From Candidatus Sumerlaeaceae bacterium (lineage in GTDB: Bacteria > Sumerlaeota > Sumerlaeia > Sumerlaeales > Sumerlaeaceae): a stretch of 64,000 bases of DNA. The stretch covers positions 96,001 to 160,000 of the forward strand of contig JBMFRB010000002.1 of the NCBI GenBank assembly GCA_049968255.1, written 5' to 3'. The translations under genes and the position numbers were made by a program. How positions within the stretch are numbered: the first letter of the stretch is position 1; every line of letters begins with the position of its first letter. Positions 9,247 through 18,335 of this stretch are shown here, one piece after another. The notes below the pieces were generated by a model that worked only from the letters and a program-made list of their open reading frames with translations, had not been told where the DNA came from and did no database searches.

Positions 9247-12200
9247 ATGGCGCGCGCAGAATTTGCATTTCTTCACGTTCACAGCTGGTACTCGACCAGG
9301 ACCGGCGTGCCAAGTATTTCCGAGCTTGCCGAGCGGGCGGCCCATCTCGGCTATCGCGCTCTTGCACTCACGGATTATTGCTCGCTTGCGGGGGTACCGG
9401 AATTTGTCCAGCAGTGCCGCACACGTAATGTGAAGCCCTTAGTAGGGGCGGAGGTTCCGCTGACGTTGCCCCTAGCCGGCGGATTTGTCACTGACCGCTT
9501 TGTTTTCCTGGCAGAGGATGATACGGGGTACTTGAATCTCTCGCGTTTCCTCACAGAGGTCTTTTCCAAGACAACGGTTAGTGTTCCTGCCGGTCTCGCC
9601 CATGGTTTGTCGATTCCCCTCCAAATGCTCCACTCCTTTGCGTCGGGGCTCATCGTCATTACGGGCGGCACAGCCGCCAAGCTCACCGAGTTCATTGTGA
9701 GTGCAAGTTGGGAATTCACGCACCAATATTTGAACAGCCTGTTCGAGCTCTTCGATCGCGAGCAGATTTGCCTTGCTGTGGATCATCCGAACATCGCGCT
9801 TCCCCTCAAACACTTCGCGCGCCGGCATGGTTTGACCGCCGTCGCAGCTCCGGCCATCTACTACCTCTCTCCCGCTGATTCCCTGGCTTATGTTTTTCTG
9901 TCTGGCCAGCCGTGCCCTGCGATTTTCCTCCCAAACGCACGCGCGTCTGATTCGCCGCTCCACCATCTAGCGCGCCACGAGGAGGTCCAAAGTTTTTTCC
10001 ATAGCGACTACGAGCTACTGGGGGCAACTCTTCGAATTGTGGAGCGCTGCCACGCTCTGCAGAGTGCGTTCCGCCCTAGGTTCCCGACGCTCGACGTGCC
10101 ACGCACCGCGCCCGATGCTTACCTTTACGATGTGGTGTCTCGCGAGGCGGAGAGACTCTTCAAGGAGATCAAACCGGAAATACGTACTCGCCTGGATGCG
10201 GAATTAGCGGCGGTGCAGCGGGAAGGATTGGCTGACCGGTTCATTCTTCTGCACTCGCTCATTCGCTACTGCCGCGATCATGGAGTGACCATCGGAGTTG
10301 GCGGGGGCGATTTGGTCACGAGCCTGGTTGCCTACGTATTGGGCCTCACCCAGGTCAATGCTCACGATTTCAAACTCAACTTTTGTGGATTTGGCAATGT
10401 GCGCGCTGCCGGAACAACCGAGACCTTTGCGCTCGAAATTCCCGTAGAGGCTGCTCCCGTCGTCGAAAAGTTTCTCGAGGAATTTATTGGAGAAGGTCAT
10501 TGTGCTCGCGTGGGACGCTATAGCGTCACAAGTCGAAGCGCACTCATCCGCGCCCTCAGCGAGTGGATGGGGCTGGACCAACGTAGTGCTGCGTCCACGG
10601 AGTTAGTGGAACGCGATGGCCTCCGTCATTTTCATAGTTTCGTCAAACATTCGACGGACTCCGTAGCGCTTCCTAGTCCGCAGGTTCTCGCCTTTCTACT
10701 CAGTCGCCTCCTTGGTCGTCCCGAAGAGCTCTCCTTTTCTGAGACGGACATGGCCATCTCGAGCGAGCGTCTGGAATATCTTGTTCCCCTTGCACGCATC
10801 GGGGGTAGCCTTTGCACGCAAGTGGGCGCCGCTGGCCTCGATGTCATGCGGATTCCCCGCCTTATTCTTTCCACTTCGCCGCAGCTCAGAATCCTGAATT
10901 CTGCGGCGGCCTGGATTCGCGAGGAGCAGAACCTCGATGTGGCGAAAGCTCCGCTCGACGATCCCAGAACGTACGAGCTTTTGCGCCGCGGGCTTACCCT
11001 CGGAATCGAGCCCTTTCAATCTATGCGCATGCGGATGCTTCTTCGTCACCAAGCGCCACGAAATTTTCGCGAGCTGCTCAAGGTCCGCTCCGAAGATGCT
11101 CTAGCCACTGGCGACGCTCGCGACATCCGACATTTCCTCCCGGAATGTCTTCTCGGCTATCGTCTCGCCTATGTGAAGGCGCATTTCCCCGCTTGCTTTT
11201 TTGCAGCTGCTTTTTCTCGCATGGCCGAAAGTAAGCAAACAAAGAGACTCGCAGCGTTTTTCCGCGAAGCACGGGAAATGGGGGTGAAAATCCTGGGGCC
11301 GGACATCAACCGCAGCTCTTACCAGTTCACTATCGAGCGCGGTGCCGTGCGCTGTGGTCTTTCCATGATAAAAGCAGTGGGGGAGAAGACCTATCACGAG
11401 ATCGACCAAGCAAGGTCTCGGGGCGAGTTTGAAGATCTCTTGGATCTGCGGCGTCGTACTGAGCGGCGCATCGTCAACAGTGCCGTGCTGGCAAATCTCA
11501 TTCGGGCCGGCGCTTTGGACTGCTTTGAGGAGGACCGCAACGCGCTTCTTGCCAGGCTTGAAACTCTAGATGATGAAGCCGCTGAGCATGCAGGAACACT
11601 TTTCGACGAGGTGGCCGAGGCCCTTGGGGCAGGCACCGCTCCTTCTTCGGCGCGCGAAATATTGCAACAAGAGATCGAGGCCACGGACGTGCCTATTTCT
11701 GTGGATCCCATCTCGCTGTTCTCACTCACGATGAGACGCGCGAGCGCAGCACGCTTCGGTTCGCTTAGTCGCCGCGATGTGGGGCGAGATGTGTCTGTCG
11801 TAGGGTTTCTCAACCATATCGACGAGCAGCCCACCAAGGAAGGTGGCGTTGATGTCTATTGCGCGGATTTTGACGGCTACCCGCTGCATATTCCTGCCAA
11901 AGTCCGACAGGCCTATGAGCGCAATCTTTCAGCGGAAGAACCCCTGTACGTCTGCGGTGTGGCTCACCAAACAACCGATGGCGCCATTGCTGTTCGGGCG
12001 CACGCTATTTTCACACTGAGCGAGGTCGAAGAACTGAGTGGCGCGGTCAGATCGATCTCGTTGGATTTAGGCGGCGAAAATTTACATACGCTGCGTCTCC
12101 TGGGGCATTTGATTCGCCGCTACAAAAAAGGCACAACTCGTCTCGATGTTCTCTCGATTCCGACAGGTTTTGCCACGCGCCTCCTCGCATGGAGAATCCA

Positions 12201-12384
12201 TCGCTCGCGCGTCTTTTTCTGCCCGGGACTTTATTATCAGCTGCGAAAAATTCTAACAGAAAATCAAATCGAGCTCGTATTCACTGATGAAACGACCGAA
12301 CACTATGCTATGAGCTTGCTTGCCCCGTTCCAATACGCAAAAAGTTCGTCCTCGGAAACGCTTCCAGCAATTGAGCTATATTGA
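9247..12384 (+). CDS. DNA polymerase III alpha (DnaE)-like protein with degenerate catalytic motifs
   Basis: PHP start LHVHSWYS and ALTD; RLDAEL; SLVAYVLGLT; AYVKAHFP; GPDINRS; HhH GLSMIKAVG; LIRAGALD; OB-fold. The RGS, PDIDID, KFDFLG, YQEQ and FNKSH motifs are absent (see findings). Confidence 0.85.
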   Translation: MARAEFAFLHVHSWYSTRTGVPSISELAERAAHLGYRALALTDYCSLAGVPEFVQQCRTRNVKPLVGAEVPLTLPLAGGFVTDRFVFLAEDDTGYLNLSRFLTEVFSKTTVSVPAGLAHGLSIPLQMLHSFASGLIVITGGTAAKLTEFIVSASWEFTHQYLNSLFELFDREQICLAVDHPNIALPLKHFARRHGLTAVAAPAIYYLSPADSLAYVFLSGQPCPAIFLPNARASDSPLHHLARHEEVQSFFHSDYELLGATLRIVERCHALQSAFRPRFPTLDVPRTAPDAYLYDVVSREAERLFKEIKPEIRTRLDAELAAVQREGLADRFILLHSLIRYCRDHGVTIGVGGGDLVTSLVAYVLGLTQVNAHDFKLNFCGFGNVRAAGTTETFALEIPVEAAPVVEKFLEEFIGEGHCARVGRYSVTSRSALIRALSEWMGLDQRSAASTELVERDGLRHFHSFVKHSTDSVALPSPQVLAFLLSRLLGRPEELSFSETDMAISSERLEYLVPLARIGGSLCTQVGAAGLDVMRIPRLILSTSPQLRILNSAAAWIREEQNLDVAKAPLDDPRTYELLRRGLTLGIEPFQSMRMRMLLRHQAPRNFRELLKVRSEDALATGDARDIRHFLPECLLGYRLAYVKAHFPACFFAAAFSRMAESKQTKRLAAFFREAREMGVKILGPDINRSSYQFTIERGAVRCGLSMIKAVGEKTYHEIDQARSRGEFEDLLDLRRRTERRIVNSAVLANLIRAGALDCFEEDRNALLARLETLDDEAAEHAGTLFDEVAEALGAGTAPSSAREILQQEIEATDVPISVDPISLFSLTMRRASAARFGSLSRRDVGRDVSVVGFLNHIDEQPTKEGGVDVYCADFDGYPLHIPAKVRQAYERNLSAEEPLYVCGVAHQTTDGAIAVRAHAIFTLSEVEELSGAVRSISLDLGGENLHTLRLLGHLIRRYKKGTTRLDVLSIPTGFATRLLAWRIHRSRVFFCPGLYYQLRKILTENQIELVFTDETTEHYAMSLLAPFQYAKSSSSETLPAIELY

Positions 12385-12421
12385 CAAAATGATAGCATGA
12401 GACAAGAAAGGAAGGAGCAGC

Positions 12422-13063
12422 ATGAAGAAACGTATCGTCCTGTTCACCGCAGCGCTCACTGCGGGCGCAGCCCTCGTGGCCAATGCCAAACCTTACGCAG
12501 TATTTCACACTTCGAAAGGCGAGTTTGTCGTAGAGTTGTTCCCCGACAAAGCTCCCAAAACTGTAGAAAACTTTGTTGGTCTTGCAACAGGGAAAAAGGA
12601 GTGGCAGCACCCAGCTACCAAGGAGGTCATGAAAGGTAAGCCTCTCTACGATGGCACTGTTTTCCATCGCACCATTGAAGGTTTTATGATTCAGGGGGGT
12701 GATCCTCTTGGCAACGGCACCGGTGGACCCGGTTACACCTTCGAGGATGAGTTTAGTGATTTGGCGTTTGATCAGCCGGGCTACCTCGCCATGGCGAATC
12801 GCGGACCCAACACCAATGGCAGCCAATTTTTTATCACAGTCGCGCCGACCCCTCACCTCAATCACCGCCATACGATCTTTGGCAAAGTCGTGAAAGGTAT
12901 GGACGTCGTGATCGCGATTTCTCAACTACCGAGCGAGCCACGTACCGGCCGCGCACTTAGCCCAGTAAAGCTCGAACGGCTCGAAATCCGTGACACTCTC
13001 GAGGCTCCGTCGCCGCAGCCAAAGCAAGAAGAGAAAACCACCACCGGCACGGACAAGAAGTGA
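12422..13063 (+). CDS. cyclophilin-type peptidyl-prolyl cis-trans isomerase with signal peptide
   Basis: [48 protein letters not shown]; AAGGAG RBS. Confidence 0.95.
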   Translation: MKKRIVLFTAALTAGAALVANAKPYAVFHTSKGEFVVELFPDKAPKTVENFVGLATGKKEWQHPATKEVMKGKPLYDGTVFHRTIEGFMIQGGDPLGNGTGGPGYTFEDEFSDLAFDQPGYLAMANRGPNTNGSQFFITVAPTPHLNHRHTIFGKVVKGMDVVIAISQLPSEPRTGRALSPVKLERLEIRDTLEAPSPQPKQEEKTTTGTDKK

Positions 13064-13163
13064 ATCATCATTTTTGAATTCCTGTACTTTTGTCGCAGAG
13101 GAGAGGGCTGCCTGGATTATAGGGTCGCCCTGCCTTCAAGATTGGGTTGAAAGGATTACAAAA

Positions 13164-13391
13164 ATGCCGGTTTACGAGTACAAGTGTTCTGAATGTGGAG
13201 AAGAGTTCAGTGCACTCGTGTTCTCGCAGAGCGAGATCGATTCGCTCGAGTGTCCCAAATGTCACAGCAAGAAGTTCGAGAAATTGATGAGTGCGAGCGC
13301 GGTAGGCGTATCCCCGAGCTCGACGAGCACACCGAGCTGTTCAACGAGTTCCGGCCCATCCTGCCCGTTCGGTTCATGTGGATGTAGCTGA
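13164..13391 (+). CDS. FmdB-family zinc-ribbon regulatory protein
   Basis: MPVYEYKCSECG...CPKC...KLMS and a Cys-rich tail; AAGGA RBS. Confidence 0.9.
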   Translation: MPVYEYKCSECGEEFSALVFSQSEIDSLECPKCHSKKFEKLMSASAVGVSPSSTSTPSCSTSSGPSCPFGSCGCS

Positions 13392-13618
13392 GAGACCGGA
13401 AAGGATTTTCCATGATTCCTAAAGGACGAACCAAAGATCCTCGTCCCGAAAAGATGCCCGTCATCACTTGTGGCATTGAAATGTCGCGCGGGCAGAAGAG
13501 CAAGTCCCCGGAAAAGCTCACGGGCGGCAATCAGCCCGCCGATGAATCGCAGGCGGCCAAGCTCGTGTGTGAGTACCTGAGAACGTCCCAGTAACGCGCC
13601 ACCGATACGGGCTTCCAC

Positions 13619-15247
13619 TCATTGCGGGACGTAGAACATCAAGCGGGTGTTCAACGTCCTAAGCGCGGATTGTCGCAGCGGTCGATAATTTCTTTCGATC
13701 GCTGCTTTTATTTCTCGAATCCGCCCCGTTTGATCCAAATCCAGTGTCACGAATGCGATTTTCTTTGCCTCGAGAGCCGAGGCAATTTGCTCCACAGCCG
13801 TCACTCCGCGGCCATGAATCTGATCCTGCTTCTCGTTATAGTACTTGAGCGTCCACAAGAAGATCTCGCTATAGTCGGCGACAATCCGCCTTCGGGCAAG
13901 GAAGGCATAAAAAGGCGGGGAGAGCACCTCATTGTCGGGCGCGCTATGCTGCTGCATAAGCTCCACGACCTGCCGCGTGCGATATTCGTCGAGTTCGAAT
14001 GTCTCTTGTCGTAGCGTCCGGGCAATGAAACCCAAGCCAGGCGCAAAGACAACGAGCGCTAGCCCTGCCGCTCCCGTGAGATAGGCAAGAGGAATCGTAT
14101 TACGGAGCAGCGAGCTTTTCCTCAGAGCGCGATAGCCTTCTCCCAGGTCAGCAACGACCAATGCCGCCAGGACTGCCACGATAGGCTCCCCAATCGTGAA
14201 GATGTAGTCCATCGTTCCGCCCTTGGCGACATACACGACGGACGCCATAAGGGTGAGAGCCGCCCAACTGAACAATTCCAGCTGTGGCGCGCGCTGAGCC
14301 GCCCGGAGCAATCGCAGCAAACCAACCAGCGCGAGCACAATAAGTCCACCTTCAAGGGTCAAGATGTCACGTCCTTCGCTCGTGATTTTCCCCCATGCGT
14401 AAGTCAGCAAGTTTTGGCCCGGCGGCAGGAATTCTCGGCGCGGGAATGATCCCACTTGATTGAAAATGACATTCTCAAGATATGCACCAGTTTTCAGTTC
14501 GAGGAGCAGCGTTACGCTAACGCACGGCACGCACAGACCGATGAGGAAAGGCAGGCACAGCCGGCGCTCCCTTGCGAAGAGGTAAAGCACAAACAAACAT
14601 GCATAGGGCGCAGCCGTCATGTTTGTCAGGCAAGCCAAAGCTGCAAAGACGCCTGCACCTACGGCCGCGGCTGGCCTACGGTCTTTCAAAAGCACAAATA
14701 GTGCGCCATAAAGAAAAAGAATCTCCAGCGGCTCGCTTTGATACCCCAACGACCACCAAAAACCAATGGGAGCGAGCAGGTAAAAGATTCCAGCTAAAGC
14801 TCCGATGGTGTGGCATGTTTTTTCGTTCCCACCTATCAGCGCCACGCGTTGCGCAAACGAGGCCACAAGCAAGGCCATACTTGCGTGGAGCAACACGCTG
14901 AACCCACGAAATACGTAAAGCATCGGCAACCCCGCGAGCGAGGCCAGTTTCGCCAAAACCCAACCCACAAAAAAATGCATAGGCGGTTGTGGCGCCAAAA
15001 CATCGCGATAAAGGGTAGCTCCTTCGCTAAGCCGCCAACAGATGTAGAGGTAGTTTCCATCGCCGAAATCAATGTAAGCCTGACTCCAATGGCTAATAAC
15101 CGTAGCGGCGTAGATCAGCACCGCCACGCCAAGCACGAGCGAGGTCCAACGCTTTCCCTGGCAGGCCGACACAAAATCTCTCGCAGGCTTGGGCGACTGC
15201 CCAGAAGTTGGCGCATCGCTGAGTTGGCTTTCTTCGAGAGGCTTCAT
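13619..15247 (-). CDS. GT-C fold polytopic membrane glycosyltransferase (ArnT/PMT_2-like)
   Basis: Many TM helices; first loop DFGDGNY...GATLYRDVLAPQPP; SEP motif; soluble C-terminal domain; start overlaps the upstream stop (TGATG). Confidence 0.75.
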   Translation of the reverse strand: MKPLEESQLSDAPTSGQSPKPARDFVSACQGKRWTSLVLGVAVLIYAATVISHWSQAYIDFGDGNYLYICWRLSEGATLYRDVLAPQPPMHFFVGWVLAKLASLAGLPMLYVFRGFSVLLHASMALLVASFAQRVALIGGNEKTCHTIGALAGIFYLLAPIGFWWSLGYQSEPLEILFLYGALFVLLKDRRPAAAVGAGVFAALACLTNMTAAPYACLFVLYLFARERRLCLPFLIGLCVPCVSVTLLLELKTGAYLENVIFNQVGSFPRREFLPPGQNLLTYAWGKITSEGRDILTLEGGLIVLALVGLLRLLRAAQRAPQLELFSWAALTLMASVVYVAKGGTMDYIFTIGEPIVAVLAALVVADLGEGYRALRKSSLLRNTIPLAYLTGAAGLALVVFAPGLGFIARTLRQETFELDEYRTRQVVELMQQHSAPDNEVLSPPFYAFLARRRIVADYSEIFLWTLKYYNEKQDQIHGRGVTAVEQIASALEAKKIAFVTLDLDQTGRIREIKAAIERNYRPLRQSALRTLNTRLMFYVPQ

Positions 15248-16725
15248 CAGCCAGTGGTCACCATCCGAAGCTCAAATTCCTCACACAGTCGAGCCGCCGT
15301 CACAAATTCAGCCGTGCCCGCCGAGGCAAACAAGAAGTATTCCATCGTGTCCCAATAGCCGGGAAACGCACGGTGGTCATGCAGTGTGTTATGCCACAGC
15401 AGCACAAACGCACCGCCACGCGTTTCACTTGCATCCAGCAGCCGTGCAAACCGCTCGATGGCTTTCTCAGCCGGCAATTTTTCGTAAACAGCCAACGTGA
15501 TGTCCATCGCCACAAGCGGTAGTTCAATGATAGGCAGTTCCATGCGTTTTTCTACGTCGAACGGTCGCAAACATCCCGACCATCCGCAGCGAAAGCCTGC
15601 CCTGTCGGCAAATCCCACGGATGTGTCGTAGCGCAATCCACACTGTCCCTGGATGTACCATGTGTCTGGTACGGAGAAACGCAAATAATGCTGGCGCGCG
15701 CCGATCACGCTGTGGCCGACAGCTTTCTCCAGCGCTTGCGTTTCAGCCTGCATCTGCTTGAGTGATTGGAACGTCTCATAAGAGGGATGAAGGCCGATTT
15801 CATCGCCGTGCGACAAGATTCGCATGATGAGCTCGCGAACCATCTGATCATCGAGTGAATAATCGCCGTCGAGAGGCGCTTCACCTCCGCCCATCAGATA
15901 GAAACTCGAAGGTGCGCTCAAGCGTTCCTTCACAGAAAAGATGTCATCGAAGCTGTCATAAGGATCGCGCCGCAGGCCAGCCAAAACAAGGCTAGCCATA
16001 CGAATCTCGCTCGTGGCCTCGCGGGCATCTCCCCTCATCATTGCGGAAATTGTGCGCCTCACTCCCATGAGGCCGCGATATTTCCTGAGTAGGTCCACGT
16101 CGTGGGTGAGCACAACCCGTGGTTTTTTGCAAAAATAGGCCGAATTGCGGTGCCGGCTCAGGTCTTCAATCACGCGTTCAAGCTGCTCGAACCACCGATT
16201 CACCACGGGCTGGTCATACATTTCTGGCGGAGCTACGCTGAAGGCGGCCAAAAACCTGTTGTGAGCTTCGGCTGTGGCGGTCACATATTCCTCGTAGCGT
16301 GACAAAAACCAGAATGCGGCCGCCACAAGATCAAAATTTATATGCGCTCGTTTGATCGACACCCTCTCCACGTATTTCACAAAACCATCGGCGGACGTTG
16401 CTTCCTGCAGCAGATTGGTAGGCTCGGGCATGTCTGGAGTGAGAAGAAATGACGGCCCAAAAAAGGAAGAGCGTCGGATGCGGATTACTGGTTTACCGCG
16501 AAAACGGTTTTCCACTACGGTCCAGTATTCTGCAGTCTCGTCGTCCGTGCCGTACAGCACAAGAACGTCGGTTTCACGAAGAGGGGGCTTCTGCGCGAGT
16601 TCCTCCCATGAACAGAACCTCGTCGCCATACCTGCCCACCGACCAAATGTGCGAATCACGTAATCCACACACGGCGCAAATTCATCGTTTGCGCGCACAC
16701 AAAGGCACACTGCATCGTTCATCAT
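15247..16725 (-). CDS. polysaccharide deacetylase (CE4-like) with N-terminal extension
   Basis: FDLVAAAFWFLSRYEEY, LTHDVD, EIGLHPSY, RQHYLR, YDTSVGF, LLWHN. Confidence 0.85.
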   Translation of the reverse strand: MMNDAVCLCVRANDEFAPCVDYVIRTFGRWAGMATRFCSWEELAQKPPLRETDVLVLYGTDDETAEYWTVVENRFRGKPVIRIRRSSFFGPSFLLTPDMPEPTNLLQEATSADGFVKYVERVSIKRAHINFDLVAAAFWFLSRYEEYVTATAEAHNRFLAAFSVAPPEMYDQPVVNRWFEQLERVIEDLSRHRNSAYFCKKPRVVLTHDVDLLRKYRGLMGVRRTISAMMRGDAREATSEIRMASLVLAGLRRDPYDSFDDIFSVKERLSAPSSFYLMGGGEAPLDGDYSLDDQMVRELIMRILSHGDEIGLHPSYETFQSLKQMQAETQALEKAVGHSVIGARQHYLRFSVPDTWYIQGQCGLRYDTSVGFADRAGFRCGWSGCLRPFDVEKRMELPIIELPLVAMDITLAVYEKLPAEKAIERFARLLDASETRGGAFVLLWHNTLHDHRAFPGYWDTMEYFLFASAGTAEFVTAARLCEEFELRMVTTG

Positions 16726-16805
16726 GATGCCTCTTTGCTGTTGGTCCGGGAATGTGAAATCAAGTTTTAGGAACACAGCTCGAGATAATACTGGCCATTG
16801 GCGCT

Positions 16806-16844
16806 AAAAAAATTGGAGCGGACAGGCACCTTCCTGTCCGCTCC
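16806..16844 (-). terminator. intrinsic terminator downstream of the 16933-17976 gene
   Basis: 12-bp stem GGAGCGGACAGG (16815-16826) / CCTGTCCGCTCC (16833-16844), followed on the minus strand by AATTTTTTT. Confidence 0.85.
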
Positions 16845-16932
16845 GGCCCCGCGACTCGTGTTGAGCAAATGATCTCATGCGCTAAGAAGCGCGGCGCCGA
16901 AGCCCGCCCCTTGCTTCAGACGCTCGCGCATG

Positions 16933-17976
16933 TCACTCGAAGAGATTCCAATCTTTGACCGCGGTTGACCCGCTCGGCAGGAGCCATCCCGAAACGGAGT
17001 TGTTTGTGTAAAGGAACCACACGCGACCGTTTTGCGGATCAATGGCCACATCGCCTGTGCCGTTCAGATTTGCTGCAGCTCCCCCGGCTTTTTCGATCCC
17101 GCTACCAGTGACGGCGAACGGAGTATCGCTGTCGAGATCCCACACAACTCCTTTGACGTCGGTATCTCCCGCGTTCACAGAGGCAGGCGCAAGCCCCATC
17201 AACTTTTTCGCACCTTTCAACGCGACGGCCAAGGCCCCTTTGCCCGGTGTGACCGCTTTCTGACCACCTGCTGTTGCCGTGCTTCCGCTTATAGTGTACA
17301 GGACTGACGTGGTTTCTGCCGTCGACGTGTCGGCCGCTTTGCGTGCCCAAAAGTCTGTGCCGCTGGGATCCCACGCAACAAAACTCAAGCCCACAAGCCC
17401 TACGTCCAGCGTAAGTTCCTGCTTGGTGAAGGTCTGGCCGCCGTCGGTCGTCGTCAACAATGCTACGTTCGGATTTCCCATGCCGGCGATCAGGATCTTT
17501 GTCGTGTTTCCCGAACCGGTGACTGCAATCGAGTCGCCAAGGCGCACGCTTGCAGGAGTCTCGGCATAGGCAACGGTCGGAGCTGCCGTTTCGTCAGCAT
17601 ACGCGTATAAGCGGAAGTTGTTTCCAGCCAAGGCAATGTTTGAAAGGTAGATTCGGCCATCCTGCGCCACGCCGACTTTGGCGACATTCACGGTGCCACC
17701 GCCGATTCCGGTATTGTTTAGACCACTGCCAATCTCCGCGCCTGTAACGGGGTCCAACACGTGGATTTTGTTCCCCGCACCAGAATCATTGTCGGCGACG
17801 AGCACGTGGTCTGTCAGAGGATTGTAGGTCATCCCCCGTGTCTGGTTGTTGCCATTGAGCCAACTCAGCGTCCCGCCATCGTCCACCTTGAACAGCAAGG
17901 ACATTGGCTGCTGAGCCATTCCCAGCGACGTTACCGCCGCGATGAAGCCTGTCACGGCGAGAATTCGCGTTTTCAT
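16933..17976 (-). CDS. Sec-exported beta-rich (DUF4623-like/beta-propeller) protein ending ...STAVKDWNLFE
   Basis: AGGAGGAG RBS; signal peptide MKTRILAVTGFIAAVTSLGMA; G/T/A/S/N-rich; paralog of 20095-21153. The DUF4623 call is from recalled motifs (RGMTYNP, RLGDS). Confidence 0.8.
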   Translation of the reverse strand: MKTRILAVTGFIAAVTSLGMAQQPMSLLFKVDDGGTLSWLNGNNQTRGMTYNPLTDHVLVADNDSGAGNKIHVLDPVTGAEIGSGLNNTGIGGGTVNVAKVGVAQDGRIYLSNIALAGNNFRLYAYADETAAPTVAYAETPASVRLGDSIAVTGSGNTTKILIAGMGNPNVALLTTTDGGQTFTKQELTLDVGLVGLSFVAWDPSGTDFWARKAADTSTAETTSVLYTISGSTATAGGQKAVTPGKGALAVALKGAKKLMGLAPASVNAGDTDVKGVVWDLDSDTPFAVTGSGIEKAGGAAANLNGTGDVAIDPQNGRVWFLYTNNSVSGWLLPSGSTAVKDWNLFE

Positions 17977-18063
17977 CTTTGCTCTCCTCCTTTTTGAATC
18001 TGTGTGCGGCACCCCGCAAACTCGCACCGCACACAAACGGAGTAACATTGAGGCAGGTGCAGC

Positions 18064-18105
18064 ATTCAAGGAGAAAATGTAGAACGAAATTTATTACTGC
18101 ATAAA
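18064..18105 (-). promoter_or_regulatory. putative -35 element (TTGAAT) with upstream T-tract and quasi-palindromic operator
   Basis: + strand TCAAGGAGAAAATG (18066-18079) matches motifs upstream of two other DW-tail genes; TTTATTACTGCATAAA at 18090-18105. Confidence 0.55.
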
Positions 18106-18269
18106 GTGGACCAAGGTTTCTCGAAGCTCGCTTAGCTATCGCTGACTTACCCAAGGGTACTGAAAGCGTTGCATCTCCTTCAGTTCCGTACGTTCTCAGC
18201 ACGTCCGCCCACACCCAGCCACCCGCCAGCCGCGAAATGCCTGACACAGGAGGCAAAATCAATGGGTTG

Positions 18270-18304
18270 AAAAAGCAAAACGGAGCTGTGCGCGCCACAG
18301 CTCC
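18270..18304 (-). terminator. intrinsic terminator downstream of the parvulin gene
   Basis: Stem GGAGCTGTG (18282-18290) / CACAGCTCC (18296-18304), followed on the minus strand by GTTTTGCTTTTT. Confidence 0.8.
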
Positions 18305-18335
18305 AATGGGAATACGTTCTGCTGCTACTGTTTTG

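Noticed and set aside
9247-12384. calling the DnaE-like gene dnaE, dnaE2/imuC or a pseudogene
   Set aside because: The catalytic motifs of active DnaE and DnaE2 are missing, there is no imuAB context, and there are no stops or frameshifts.
12308-12925. 205-aa minus-strand ORF
   Set aside because: Antisense shadow of the cyclophilin gene.
13412-13594. 60-aa ORF in the gap after the FmdB gene
   Set aside because: It has a possible AAGGA RBS but no recognisable motif; it cannot be supported or excluded without homology or ribosome-profiling data.
18106-18269. sRNA or small ORF in the spacer between the parvulin terminator and the paralog promoter
   Set aside because: Only short pairings (such as ACTGAA/TTCAGT) and no known RNA family motif; insufficient evidence.
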